DNA from: Bugula neritina
Taxonomy: Eukaryota > Animalia > Bryozoa
Direction of reading: 5' to 3'
NCBI GenBank assembly: GCA_964035545.1
Contig: OZ037768.1
Location: 18,335,700 to 18,399,699, forward strand
Length of the DNA: 64,000 bases
The translations under genes and the position numbers were made by a program. The notes under the pieces are model-generated. The model saw nothing but the letters and a program-made list of their open reading frames with translations, was not told where the DNA came from and did not search any database. Position 1 is the first letter of the stretch; each line of letters begins with the position of its first letter. This document shows, piece by piece, positions 1 to 14,506 of the stretch.

Positions 1-1197
1 AAAAAAATTAATTTGGGCAAAATTTTAATATGGTAATTAAAACTAACTGCTATTACAACTTTCAATGAAATAATAAACTAGCAGTCACATGACTTAAAAC
101 TACAGCAGTAAGGTAACAGAAAGCTCTTGATATCGACAGCTGGCCTATCAGAAATAAGTTTGTAAGAAATGCTGGACATGTGCAAGCATCTATTTTCTGA
201 GTGCATTAGGTGAAATCACTGCACATTTTAATTGTCTTCTGCCTGAATGAAATTAACTAGAAATGATTGGGTTAAACTTTGTTAAACAATAGCTCAAATA
301 TTTCATACTACAATCACACTTTTCTCTGCATATATCTGAAAAGAATTACAGCATTATTTTGATTTTTAGTCACAAAAGTGAGCATTGTCATTTTAAAGGT
401 GAGTGCGCAATAACTTCAACAAACTAGTGATACAACTACAGAAAAACAACAACAATCGTTTTATTAAATGTTTGCTTGACTAGATTTTAGTTTAAGTTTA
501 TATAAGGTGCGATGTATCGCATTACAAAGGATGGTGATTGAAAATAAAACACCGAGCAGCTTAGTAAGCTGTGTAGTCACGCCATTTGCATTGATCTGTT
601 TTCTTCGGGTCTCTTTCATTACATGCCAGCTATTATTCTGACTTTTAGTCACCATGCTTCAACAATTACTTCTTAATAATTGCTTTTGTAATTGTTGAAT
701 TGAATTTCTTACTGACTTTTTATCCAACATGCTATAATGCACCTCCACTATGCATTATTAATAAGCCAAAGAAGACAGTATAACTTAAGCTGCTGGATAT
801 AGTATAGTCAAATACACTGGAGGAATTTGAGATCTTAGATTTATAACAATATTATGACACACAGGAAATGCAGTAAAGTACATAACAATACAATTTTTAT
901 GAGCCATTAAAGCTCATAGTCCATAATACAGGTTATCATGATCAGTCAACCAATGAGATAAGCGTGGGATTTTAGACAGCCCACCTTGAGATTAGCCCTT
1001 AATTACAAATGCAACGATACACTTTAGGAGGTGCACACTTTTAGTGTAAAAATACTAAAGAGCCTAGCCTAAGTTGAGGCCATGTTTATTCGATAAAACC
1101 TATTGTTGAAAAGTTGAGAAAAATTGAAAAAGCTTGAAATACTCGAAAACCCCTACCAGATAACCTGACCCAACTTGAAATACTCTAGAACGCTTAC

Positions 1198-1840
1198 CAG
1201 TAGTGCTAAAAGTTGGTGTGATTGTTGCCGTCACCAAAACCTGCCTTTTCAATCTTCTTTTGGTCGGAACCTTTGGCTGGTTACTTTGCACTTGCCAGCC
1301 ACTAATTGCAAAGCCAAGAGTTTTGCCCAAAGTACCGTCTTTAGCAGAAGTCTCCAGTTTCTCCAAGATGTCCATGTGTTGGGTTTTGACGGCTCCACAC
1401 CCAACAATCCAGCTGAGGACACTCAGTTTCCCCTCAACTGGCTGGCTGTCACCTCCTCCAGAGACCAGAGCTTCACTGGAGTCCAGCTCTTCGCCATCTG
1501 CTGTCAGAAAAATGTGCTCAGGGTTCAAGGACAAATGTGCTGCCGCCTTGTATACTAAACCCATTTTCTGAGAGTTGGACAAGTCTTTGATGTCTTCATT
1601 GATTTTTGTGTACACGACTGTGATTGAATCGTGAGGCTTGCATACTATCTGCTCATTGGATTTAGCGGGCTGGGCAACTTGGTTTTTGGTTGATTGCACA
1701 ACGCCGATGGCAAACATCTCTTCACCAACAGTTAGTATGTAGACACCCCTGTCTTTGGCTGTCGGAATACCGGTCAGCTTGTTGGTGTCTTTGTCAAACT
1801 CCAACCAAGATGGGAGTCCTTGACCACCAGTTTCTTTCAC
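1198..1840 (-). CDS. DAG1: Dystroglycan, coding exon 2 (alpha-DG N-terminal Ig/cadherin-like + S6-like domains, furin site, start of mucin region); gene continues beyond window start
   Basis: ttacag|GTGAAAGAA acceptor and ACTG|gtaagc donor (phase 1). Translation VKETGGQGLPSWLEFDKDTNKLTGIP...LSWIVGCG...GWQV...KRRLKRQVLVTATITPT matches the dystroglycan pattern LPSWL, LSWxxGC, GWHI, RxRR/Q..TPT. Confidence 0.92.
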
Positions 1841-2474
1841 CTGTAAGAGTAATAAGCACAACTTATGACTAAAGTACTACATAGTATTGTCAAATTTTCT
1901 CACACAACAATAAAATGACTATTGAGAACTAGTGGCCATCAATGAAGATAAAATTGAACTTTCTATTGAACAAATGGAGAGACACGAGTAACTATGGCAT
2001 TAGGTTACAGTCTCAATCATTTTGTGTTAAGAACAATAATGTTACATGCACTGTGGTGCCTCGGGACTGAGTGGCCTTTGTTGTAAAATTCAGTCGCTCT
2101 GCAAGTGTCAATATAGCTGACTTGACAAGCCGGAGCTTTGAAGGATATCCATCATCAGACAATTATCAATACTAATAACATAATTTTTACTAGATTACCC
2201 ACTTTCAATAGCTTAACAAACAGCTGGTAAGCTTTCGATAACAAACAATGCATGTAGTATGTATTTATAACACAAATGATACATGCAGATGGTAAATAAT
2301 GCGTCCATGTTGACCTGACCAATGAGCAATCAGTGTATGACTAATACAAGTGAGTCAGCTTCGAATCTCTTAGCTTTTCACCAACCTTAAGAAAGATAAT
2401 GATTTACCACGCTTACAGGAAACTGATATGAACCAGTGAACTTTATTAATAAGTTAATGAAATTATTAGGTTAC

Positions 2475-2627
2475 CTGAACATCCTGGCCAGGAAAATCTT
2501 CTGGGTTTATGTGGTAGGTGAATATCTTATCTACAGTAGCAGTGGCATCTTTTAGTGGTAACTTGGCACTAGCTGGTAAAAGCAAAGCCAGAGAAATGGC
2601 TAGCAGCATTTGATAGAAACCAGCCAT
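2475..2627 (-). CDS. DAG1: Dystroglycan, coding exon 1 (signal peptide + start of N-terminal domain)
   Basis: ATG at 2627. MAGFYQMLLAISLALLLPASA-KLPLKDATATVDKIFTYHINPEDFPGQDVQ, then CAG|gtaacc donor, phase 0, in frame with the 1840 exon. An acceptor (ttgtag) at 2640-2641 implies an upstream non-coding exon. Confidence 0.88.
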
Positions 2628-5600
2628 AGCTTTCACTCTCTACAATTAGAATATGTACCCTATGAGGACTAGTAAATAGAGCATATAGAAACACAATGAC
2701 AGCAACAAACAAACCAATAGGATAAAGTAGCTAAGACAACCATTCTCAGTGTTCATACAAGTTAAACTTAATTGCTGTGCATTTAGAAATCTGATAACCT
2801 GAAAAGATGGACAATTAACTAACGAAACACCAGTTAATGATCTGCCTATTTGCGCTTTCTAATACTTACATCTATTGATAATGTTTTATTTATGCAATAA
2901 GTCATTCTCCAAAATTATAACCTTTCAAGAATAAGGTAATGCTTTCAACACATTCCAAAATCAATATTTTCTTCATTAGTTGTTTGTTTACGTAAAATTC
3001 TTCAATTCCAAATGCCAATTCTTCTCTAACAAACATTTCTCTTTAAGAGCATATGTACCAAAATATTTGATGCTAAGATCCATATTAAGCTGTTGTACCC
3101 TGGAATACCAACCAGTATTACATGATCCCAGGCTAGTATTTAGTCAAATCTGAATAACAATATTATATTCCATGTGTGTGTACTGTATATCATGTGTATT
3201 ATATTTACTATACCAGTCGGTATGCTGTAGAATGCCAAATTATAGAGTGGTAACCAAGGTAAACTGGCATTATCAGGAAATCATACTTTTACATTAGTAA
3301 ATTTATTCCAACGTATTAATACACGACTTAATGTGTCATTAGGCTTGATACAGCTACACATTAATACGTGGTTCATGAGAGATGGAATTATTAACAGAAA
3401 AATTAATTGAGTCATCACGGCATGGAGAAATAGATGCAAAGATTCTAGTCAGAGATTTCTACATATGAAGGATATTAAAAGCCTCCTAACTCTTCGCTTT
3501 ATACCAGACATTGATAACTAACAAAGTGTAGATTTAAGAACATGCTATAATAAAACATAGTATAAGATCTTTATCTTTAATTATTTCAACTACATGGCTA
3601 TCAAAATGGATTACGATTTTTGGTCATTACTTAAGTGGAGCTAACGATAAAAAGGAATATTTAAACTAGTCTTTCCTGCGAGCAAATAATAAACTCTCTG
3701 TACTATGTAGAAATTATAGATAATTGTATTATTTAGGCTGCAATTCATGTGAACTCAAAAGTCCTCCAGGCAACCGATTAGCTGTTGTGGCCACAGCTCT
3801 CAAAGGTACGAGGACTCACGAGGTTAGATTTGAACTCAAATAGTACAATTTACTGTCTATATCAATTTGTTGAATTACACCAGCGACGTTTCAATATGCA
3901 ATGTAATATGCACAGGGCTGTGAAAATATTGTATCGCCTTTGTGCGAGTGCAGTGATAGCTGTTTATATAATATACACCGCCATTATGAATTTCAGTGCA
4001 AATGCAGAGTTCTCACCATTCGATGAAATAATCGTCTCCCTTGTGCATTATTTATCACCTAGTATTGACAAATGAAAGTGTAATATTGGTCCCTGTGTTC
4101 ACATTCGTTTTTATAAAATTGAATTCAACTATTGGGAATAATTAGTAAGTGATTAAGCGGGATTGGTTACATGATAGTCTGAAACAGGACTGTTATAGGT
4201 GCTAGATTACAAGCTAAAGGTGACTGTAGAAACTAACTGACAGATTCAGTCAAACTAACCGGTAACTACATAATTGCTATCAGGTGGAACTAAACTTTGT
4301 AGAAAATTACTCCAATTACTGCTTATAATCAATGCAGTGAGCTAATTATTAAAAAAGAACCAAGGAGAAATTTAGATATGTGTGAAATTTTGTGCTGCTA
4401 GTTCTTTACACACATTTCCAACTTTTAGACAATTGTAACATGATTTTAAAACTAAACGTGATTTCTAAATTCAAAATGCTGGCTAGGGTTTTGAGATTTT
4501 ATTGAGAATTTTGAGGCTGTCACGAAATGCTGCTGCAGGATTTCAAGACAATAGCTGTTTGGTATGCTAATGTGTGCTGCAATATCATATGGTAACAGCA
4601 TAAGAGTGTCACTTCCTTCCTCCATATTTTAGATGCATTCAAATAATTCACTAATTCAGCCAAGTATTGCATCACAGAACAACGTAACTGTGTTTTACCA
4701 TATAGGATTTAGTAATACAGTTTTGGCACAAGTTAGCAGCATACCATAGAGCTGCCAAACGTTTTGTATCATCTACTAAACAATGTGTGCACTTTCCTAC
4801 AGTAGGCTGCATAGTTTTGTAGATACACAAATAAAAAGGTTACCAGTAATCAGGCTATTTATCCAACTCAAAATAATTTTGATAGAAAACCGTGATGACA
4901 ATTAGTACAGGTATATCATCATTTATAAAGAGCCCAAAGGGGATGAAAGATTTGAAAAGCAAAATGGCTACTCAATAGTTTCTGTCAACCTCAATATTAT
5001 TATTTGAAACAAAATAAAAATAATGGTTATAATAAAGTGGGAAACTACGTGAGGTTCTCAGCTACTTTTGTGTTAGTTGACTGGTAGAAGTGAAAACCTG
5101 TTTTGAACTAAACTAGACAAGAATAACTTTAGACTGAACATAATAGCTGGTTAGTGATTCAAATTCAGGACAAAAGGCGCAGGTAATATTCAGTAGACAC
5201 CCGCACAAAGGCACTATTCCGTTATGATGGGGATGTATCAAGACTGCTTGACACATCCTTAGCTGTTTAAGGATAATCATTATGCTGTACAAACTACAAA
5301 CCGAGCCAAGGAATGACTGGCTACTATTCTGCTATCTATCTCCACTTAGAATTTGACGCCTTTGCTTTTGTTTTCATATAAGTGAAACAAAAACCTAATA
5401 TATCCAGATTGTAGATAATAAAAAGCCAACATATTTCATTTATGTATCAAGTTATATTAATTTAGATACAGAATATCAAAATGATTGCTAGAATGGTATA
5501 TAAAGAAACCCTAGACTAGGGCATCAGGTTCTTCATTTAGGATCAAGTTGCTAGAAGGACGGTTGGAATGTTTAGCTCAAGTTCTAAGCATGGCTTGAAT

Positions 5601-8600
5601 TAGAGCATGAAGGAATTACTGCTAGCCACCCTCAAGCATGAAAGCTAACCTAAATTCTTGTTAACCTGTAGGTGCTAATTTGACTTGAGTTGCTGAAACA
5701 AATTAACGGAATCTGAATCAGACTGGTGAAAATTATCATGTTCAGTGGCTACGTGAAAAACTTAATTTATTTTTATGTAGTCAAGCTTAATTCTACGTCT
5801 ATATGTGATAAGATTAGAATAAAGGTTTTGAAATCAAATGTTAATAATCAACATTAGCTTCCAACAAAAGCTAAAAGTTATGCCTTCAAAAATTTTACAA
5901 TCGCTGAGCACTAACCATCAACAACAAGTTATTGCAAAGCCAAAGAAAACTAGACTTTTAACTGTCTGCATAACTCGGGAGCTGTTTCTATTTTTATAAG
6001 CGTAAAATACTCATTCAAACTTTTCTTGCGTTTGAGCAATGACTTGTAGTAACTTTTTCAAGTGTGATTATTGATTGTTATCGGCTTATTGTGATCGAAT
6101 AAAGCAAAGTGTCTAGTTTTTTCGTAATCTTGTCGCAGTTTTTTATGTCTAACAATGCAGTTGCACAATTGCACTGTTCATGACACAACTTTAGAACCAG
6201 TTTGACCTAAATTGGTAGTTATTAAACTTTAAACTTAAAGGACTACTGCTCAATAAATAGTCATTTCTTTACACTGAGCTCTCCATAAATGACTGGAAAG
6301 TTAGTAGAAGCAGAGATTATCGTGGTAAACGCAAGCTCATGATATCATTCAGATTAGCTTTAATTCAAGAGTTGAAGCATCTAACAAATGAAAATTGTAT
6401 AAATATTTGATTTTCTCAGAAGCAGTAGTTTCAATGCTGTTGGGTAGCTTGCGGCTGGACAAAGCCTGGATTAGCAACAGTCTTGTGGTATTTTCTATTC
6501 ACTCGTATACTACTCTTCTTTAAAGTAGCCTACTCAATCCACACGCCTTATATTAATCAACTATCAAATTCATTATTCCAATTACTTGGCGAAAGTTTAA
6601 AAAAGTCACGTATATTACATACAAACGTGGTATGTAAGTGAATCCCGGTTACTCATTTCAAATACACCAGTCAAATCGGCCAATAAAACATTTGTTGTTT
6701 AGCATCTTGGACATTTGATCAGTTGCTAATTTTAGTACTAACAGTTGAAGATTATGATTAACACAGAATTAGCATTTGAGTTAATTCTTACAACTGTTTC
6801 AGCTGTACAATTATTCTCTCCTCCTGAAGCTGTCTAATTCGTTAATGAATTAATAAGTGTACACAGTTCCACTTGTGCGCAAAGATTAGCTGAGTAAATG
6901 AGTAAAATATGCATAAATCAACAACCAAACAAGAACTGTAATGAGTAAATGAATATGAGCAGAATGCGTAGCACCTTTATCACCGAGTGCCCTAACTTTG
7001 GCTCTGACTCGCTAATAAACGCTAATTTATAGATATTTCTATTATCAGACAGATGTTAAAATAGTCAAACTGGGAGTACAGACGAGCAAATATTAACACT
7101 GTTTTTGTGTACAGCCTCGCTTAGTACTTCTATTAGCAGCTAAGCCCAAAGCTCAGTGGGTGAGCATTAAAAAACCTAACTTATATTCTTAATATCAAAC
7201 ATCACAGCTGGACTTTACTTTTATCTATTCTTACTTCAATATTATTCTTTAGGTGTAAATCAATACCATATCTGAGAATGTAGATGGCTGTAAGTTAGTA
7301 AGATTACCATGTAATGAGAGATGTTAAAACATTATCCCTTAAGTTAGGAGAATTTGAAGGGCACAGACAGCTGGCCAGCTGAGCAGACGGCATGATAGTT
7401 ACAGTTACGTATTGTCTAACGAGATACACCGCAGTTTCCTATTTCTAACAATAATAACTAAATGTTCAATACATGCTATCATATCTTCACCAAAATTAGA
7501 GGAATATATAGTTGCATGTCTTAGTTTCTCTAAGCTGTATACTTATGACTATATATTGAAAAATCTATACCAGTGTATAGGCCTACCCAAATTACTGTAA
7601 GAATGTAGTCGGATGGATACAATGAGTATGGTAAGGTATTGGGTGCAACACATTATAGCCTAATAACAGTAACTGATCATTAATATAAAATTATAATAAT
7701 ATCCGCTAGTCTATGACTCGTGTGGCTATTCCTATTGTAGTTTTAAACAAAGAGCACTACAGCTCTTATTGTTGGTAAACAAAAATGTATGAATTTAAGG
7801 ATTATTAGCGTGTAGCAGTTTAAACTAAGTATAAAACCCACAACTAGCAGGTGTAGGAGACCCCCTTAAAGCGCAGCACACATACTCAGCTCTCTGTAGT
7901 GAGCTCACAGCAAGATTTAATTAAACAATTATTGGACATGAAGCAGAGCTAATGAGTTTTAGTTTTATAGTGTGCTAAGATTCTATCAGACCGACCTTTT
8001 CTAAACAGGTAGTACTTTTAAAAACTTGCCTCAATTTCAGACAAATTTTAATTTCGTACTCAATTAGTATCTATTTTTTGAAGAAGACTTTTATACATTT
8101 AACATGGCAGTTATCAAAATATAGAATTAAAAAAGGGAGGACTTGAATATTGGACTGAAAAGTTTGAAACAGCTATAACTCATTAATCTGTTTTGCTTCA
8201 ATATAATCTAATTTTCGGTATTCAAAGAGCCTTCAAATGTTTTCAATTACCACCATCTTGCATATAACTATAGGCATATTAAAAAGTAAGGGGTTAAAGA
8301 GGTTTCAAACTAAAACACAGTCACATGTCCTATTAGTAACAATTCAATAATTTACAGTGAGTGAGCTACTGCAATATCTAACTATCAGTTATACTAATTG
8401 GCTGTGAAGCAGACTTTTTATTTATTAAAAACTTAGTCTGGCCTATTTTAAAAGACATAAAATACAATGAAAATAAAAGAGCAATCTAAAAGGATATAAG
8501 TATAAGAAAAAAGGAAAATAAAATCTAGCTAAATTGTTTATAAGTTTTACCTGATTTCTCTGTCAAAATGTATAATGCCTCCTGGTGTCTGTGATATCGG

Positions 8601-9043
8601 TCACAATGGAAATGAACTCGAAACAATGTACTGCAGAGTATAGCGTGAATGAATGGCATAAGATGAAACTGTTGTTCATATGCCTTAATTATAATAATGT
8701 GCGAGACACAATTTTGAAATAGTTGCAGCACCGGTGTGCTTATCCAATGAGCATTTAGGTGCTCATAGTTGGTTACACCCACTAAAAAAACAAGAGAAAA
8801 TAACTCCTAATGTATGCCTAGTTGTCCACAGCTAACTGCCCAATCCTTTGAGTGGTTATTCAAAAATGCCGATTAAAAGAGGATCAATGTATCAATGTAT
8901 GTAACTATTTTCTAAAGGTAAGACTTAAAAATGTCCAGGAAGTATATGAATATATAACATAGCAACCTTCTGACTTTTCATTATATACATAACTTTTTAT
9001 TATGTTGTTTGAATATGAATTGCATTGTTAAGAAAGTTATATA

Positions 9044-9891
9044 GGGGTAACGGGGGGGGGGGGGGGGGGGGGGGAGACAACTTTTTTAGTCCGAGTGGAC
9101 TTTTTTCTATGAACTGTAACTAAGGTGCATGGCTGCGGTTTGTGGCTAGAGTACGGAAGGGAGAGGGGGAGGAAATGAGCAAATCGCAATTTATTTTAGT
9201 CAAATACATGTATATTCCCTCAATGATATAATGTATAATGAATATCATGACTATCCATTCGTGGCAACAACAGAGTGTTTTGTATATGTTGTATAAAATG
9301 GCAAAGCTATAATCTCACCAAATGTATATATTAGGAGAGCTTCACCTTGTAGTTTGGTAGTCTTACCATGATGTCTTTGATATTTTGCTAAAAGATCAGA
9401 AATGACTATATTTATAGATTTTAGTAACATTTCAACCAACTTTTTGGGCAAACAAACTAATAACAGTGATCAGGGTGCAATAATCAGGTAACCCTTTGTG
9501 CCCAGGTCAGCGTGGCCCATTGTGCCCCGTGTGGCCAAATTGAAAATAAATGTGGCTCAAGGAAAATTTTCTTTTAGATTTTGCTTTTATACTACCTAGT
9601 TAGGCAATGTAGAGACAAGCAATGGCAACAATATCAGTAAAATCTAGGCTTGTTACCTTTAAGTGTAAAAAGTTATAAAGCTTTAACGACACCTTAAAAA
9701 ATTTACAAAAAGTAGGTAAAAACAGTTTTTTACTCACCTCTTCAACACGTAGGTTCCGCAAGTATTGAAACTACAATGGCTGAATAATTATTAAAAAAAG
9801 TCACAACTCTAAGTCAATAAGTTCTCTCACAATTTGTCTGGCTTTTTGTACTCCTATGACTGTTGTGCCCCCCCCCCCCCCCCGTTACCTC
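9044..9891. mobile_element. Non-autonomous TIR DNA transposon (Tc1/mariner-pogo-like MITE), ~850 bp
   Basis: TA|GGGGTAACG(G)n-agacaac at left and gttgtg-(C)nGTTACCTC|TA at right are inverted repeats flanked by TA. Internal ttgtgccc sub-repeats at ~9496-9530. Confidence 0.6.
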
Positions 9892-12400
9892 TACTTATAA
9901 TTGCATTACAAACTGATTATATTTTTCCATGTATACAGAGCATTATGGAAATATAATACTGTATTATAAAAGTTATAATGAAACAATGATGAGTCATACT
10001 GCATTACTATGGGGTTGTTTTTTCATAAACTGAGAAAACAACTTCTACATTGTAAACCTTCGAGAGGAGTTGTCTCTACCTGAGAGTCATAATCCTTGCA
10101 AGAAGTCAAAAATCTAATAGTCAATAATACAACGATTATTGAATAAAACTCAAATTTAATTTGATATCAAAATTTACATGTTTATATATGCTTCCCTGGT
10201 CTAGGGGAAGAGCATCCAGTCATAATTTCTCCCATGCCTCATCTGAACAAGTCCTTAGCCCGACTTAACAAAAACTCTTTCCATTAGGGGTTTCTCACAG
10301 GGATAGTGACTATAAACTTGTGTGAGTTTTTTTATATATGCTATCTGCACCATTTCTAGACTTATGGCTCAATTCATATACATAAATAAACCTTTCTGCT
10401 GGAGATATTGTAACAAATGTCTGATTTGCTTAAACTGGACTTTCTGTTTAGTTATTATCAGTTTGTTCTATATATGTATAATATTTTTTATGTCAATGAC
10501 TGTATTAGTTTGTGAAAAAGTGAAAACTTTTATTCTTGCTATAATAATTGTATTAAATATCTACAGATATTGAGAAGTTCCCATTTTGCAGTCTTTGAGT
10601 ACAGCAACTTTTTCTGGCAACAGGTAAAATAAATCTGATCTGCGTACGCCTGCAAAATATTTATAAGTGTTTAATTTGTTCTAAATTTTCTTTTTTTTTA
10701 CTTTGTCTTGCAGTTATAAAAAGTTTACATTTACAGTCTGTCATTTTTGCCCAAACTTGGAGTTGTGCCCACTCCTCCATGACTTGCTAATAATACTGCA
10801 CATTGTTCTCTAACCAATAGAATACTAGCAGCACTTACAGTGCTTTAATCTGTGTTTGTTTGGATATTCACTGAATACAAATGAAATTTGAGCTTGCTGT
10901 GGTCTTCTTTGCCTAGGACTATAAGGCTTATCATGAATGTATATTGAATGGCACAGTAGCTAGTGGTCTAGTTAATATTTATTTAGAATACGAAGGGGTA
11001 CTATACATATTTCTGAAGCCTTCACTATTATACTCCATTCAACATAGCCTCAACTACGTTAAGGTAAGCTACATGTATAATTGTACACTATATTTAGTTA
11101 TAATAATATTTGCTTATACATGTATATGATATATGTACTACTGTCTTCTATACTTACAGCTAGTAGTGGCTGTAGTATCATATTCAAGTATTTTCTTATC
11201 ACAAGTTTAAAATTGAACATCTGCTAGTTCGTATAATTATAGCTATAGCAGCATAGTATATCAATTAATGCTTATTTGATGTACACAACAATCTGAATTG
11301 TGCTGAACTGAAATCAAGTGGCTTAGTACAACAATTTGAGGTGAGTTTGCTTTGGCAAGTATAATACAGGTTAATAATTTAGCTACGATAGAAAAGAGGA
11401 TTCACAGAAGGAGTTTCAACAATTCTATCGAGTATCTATATTAAGTCTTCATGTAGGTTTAAAGGTTGGCATTTATAATGTTTGTTTAGCAGACAACAGC
11501 TGTTTTTATTTTAATTTTACGAAAACTTGTGGCAATGATTCTCTACAAATTATGCTTAATGTATTCTATATCAATTATGAGTCTATAAATACTGATTAAT
11601 CTTAGTTACTAGTTATTGAACTAGTGTTTTTGACAAGAGATTGTTTGATCTTGCAGCAACTGCACTAGAGCTTTGAAAGCATAAGCTTAACGAGCTTCTA
11701 CTCCAATGCAAGAAAAAATGTAAAGGACCAACTTTTTCTTAGAATAAAATAGTAATAGTGATCTACTACAATTACTTTCCCCATTGATATTATAATTGTG
11801 TAAATGCTAAACACTGTAAAATAGCTTGGCATTAATAACTAAAAATCAGTTTAACTGAATACTTAGATAGTTAAACTAGTCAATAAGTTGAAAGTTTGGA
11901 ATGTACCCCATGCTTTTGTCATCAAAAGATTTCCTTTAATAACTGCAATAACTTGACAATGCTGCTTGGAACATTTTGCTCTGAACATTTTGGAAAAATT
12001 TAATACGAATTCTTATAAAAAAAACTGCGGCAGCACCTGTCAGCAGTGTTTTTATATTGTGGCTTCTACAAAGCTTTTCTAGAACAAAATCTATTTCAAA
12101 AACTGCTATTTTGCTCTGTTTCTGAAATTTCAGCGTTTTCAAATAGCGTTATTTCTTGCAAAGCTTTGTAGCATGAAAAGTTGTTTATGAAAAGAAGCAA
12201 TCATGCACATTCCAACATCAAAAGCCAAACAAAAACAAATACAGAAATCCAAGCTCAACAGAATAATGAGCATTGCCACTGCTGCCTAGTATTTCAACCA
12301 ACTTTAAAATGTGTTTTGACTTTCAAATCAAAATAATTTCTGCTTGACTTGTTCACTACTTACAGATTCAATAGTAACACAAATACTTTTAGCCACATCA

Positions 12401-12600
12401 TCACAGTAGTCATAGTAGTCACAGTAGTCATAGTAGTCATAGTAGTCATAGTAGTCATAGTAGTCACAGTAGTCATAAGAGTTATAGTAGTCATGGTAGT
12501 TATAGTAGTCATAGTAGTCATAAGAGTTATAGTAGTAATAAGAGTAATAATAGTCTTATCAGTCATATATAGTAGCTATTGTAGCTATAGTAGTCATAGC
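12401..12600. repeat. 9-bp tandem repeat (CATAGTAGT)n, degenerating to the right
   Basis: Direct reading; it explains the VIVVIV/TTMTTM pseudo-ORFs at 12349-12696 and 12360-12566. Confidence 0.95.
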
Positions 12601-13279
12601 ATTAATAGTATTGGAAAAGTTGTACCAAAACAGCAAGAAATAAACTATAAAATTCACAAAAGTGGCTGTAACAGAGTCTATGTGTTTTGCCTGTAGTCAA
12701 AGTATTGGCATTTAAAGTATAATTTGAAGACTTCCAGATTACCATGTAGGCCTATATAGTTAAAATTAGGTTTCGTGGTGACAACTAGATGCGACACACA
12801 CCAACATTTGGTCTCTTGCCAAAACTCTCCAAACCTGTTACAATAGCATTGATATTTATTTATTTATATCCCTCCCACAGTGTGGTGATTAAAACAATCA
12901 AATACACAGTAAGTAATCTATGTACCAGCAAATTAACGTCACATTTCAACAACTCAATGAAAACAAGTCAAGTCTAATTTTGCAAATTATTTACAGTAAA
13001 TAGTTTTTCTACAACTATATAAATGGACAGAGTTACTGTTTAAAAACAAGTCAACGGAAGTTGAGCAGCTGACATAATAATATAGTTTGAATTACTAAAG
13101 AGCACCTTGATACATTTTCTTTATAGAAATTTATGCAGGTTTCACAAGGAAAGGGAAAAGACAAGGAACAACTTCTGCATAAAATTTAATCCCTCTATTC
13201 ACAGACCATTTATCTATTGAAATATAATATAGGCACCTGAAGATAACACCCTCTGTTGTTGTACAGGTTGCAGGTATTA

Positions 13280-13460
13280 GAGTATTCACCCAGTAGTAAT
13301 CTCTCCTGATAAGGGTTTTTAAGTGAGCAAAGTATAGTGTATGCTGGGGCACAAAAGTAATTCTGACCAAATACCCTTCCTAAAATCACTAATAACCTTG
13401 CTGAGATTCAAACCTATGACCCCGTGCTTCCTATAAGCCTAAAACTACATTACACAGGCA
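13280..13460 (-). mobile_element. Degenerate tRNA-derived SINE fragment
   Basis: B-box-like GGTTTGAATCTC on - strand (13403-13414) in a tRNA-like context; boundaries approximate. Confidence 0.3.
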
Positions 13461-14506
13461 TGTTATACTGAATTCATTAGAACACTAGTATTGAAATTTA
13501 ACAACTTTAACTATAAATGATTTGCATAACATATTTTTTGTGTTTACGGGTACCATAGATATAAGTGAACAAAATTATGAGTTGTAAAATAGATAACAGC
13601 ATAAAATAAATGTGAGATACTTTTATTGAAAAACAGCAAAACACTAAATGATCACGGAGCTAAAATTTTGCATATAAAACTAATGAATAGATTTAGGTAA
13701 ACGTTTCACTGATCATATTAGTCATTATAACTGATTAAAATGGGCATTATAATAGAAACAAAGGGCTTTTTAAAATGAATTACATCTCTAGTCTCTACTT
13801 GATACTCTCTAAAATATTGTAGGAAATGAAATCAATCTTTGGCTAAACTTTATCTGATCAGTTAGTATATAAATATACATTTTATAGTAGCTGAAACTAT
13901 TTTGTATACAAAGTTATTACAGTATTATATATTATATAATTATAGCCTACTAGTAGATTGCTAAACCATTCTTTAAAAGCAAAGTGATATTTGATAGGAA
14001 AAAACTTGAAGTACTTGAACAGCTTTATGTAAATATAAGTAAAGTCATACTGCTAGTAAGCACGTACCAATGGACTACTAGTCTCAAAGCTAGAGATACA
14101 TAATAATAATATAATGCTCCTGTAGATTATTTGATATTCATAATTTTCAAATTCGTATTTGAATTTAGTTGTAGTTTTTTTTACTGGCGTAACACACTTG
14201 ACCAGCTTGATATACTGCTGACCCTTACTTATATTTGGCCAATGACAATAACCCTTACATGTACCTGACCAATGACATTAAATCTTGTATACTGTTCAAG
14301 TTGAATCTTTCTTTATTACAATATTTACATAGAGGTGATTTCTCCTCCTTTTCATGCATCATCTCATAAAAATTAGTACATACTCTGTTGATTTGCTATA
14401 ACTTAAATCGGCAGGGGAAAGTTTAGGTGTGAGTCAAATTATGTTTACTTAATAACGCACCACATCTGTACGGACTGCTAATATCTTTTTACATTAGTTT
14501 TTGTTA

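Noticed and set aside
464-655. - strand ORF as the next dystroglycan exon
   Set aside because: Not Pro/Thr mucin-like and no suitable phase-1 acceptor; the next exon is probably outside the window.
1175-1571. Two + strand ORFs of 127 and 122 aa
   Set aside because: Antisense shadows of the dystroglycan exon; no recognisable motif.
10202-10780. Possible second pogo-like MITE (TAGGGGAAGAG...TTGTGCCCACTCCTCC)
   Set aside because: Termini too degenerate to define TIRs or a target duplication.
12349-12696. Hydrophobic VIVVIV and Thr/Met-rich ORFs resembling a membrane or mucin protein
   Set aside because: Translations of a 9-bp tandem repeat; no splice signals.
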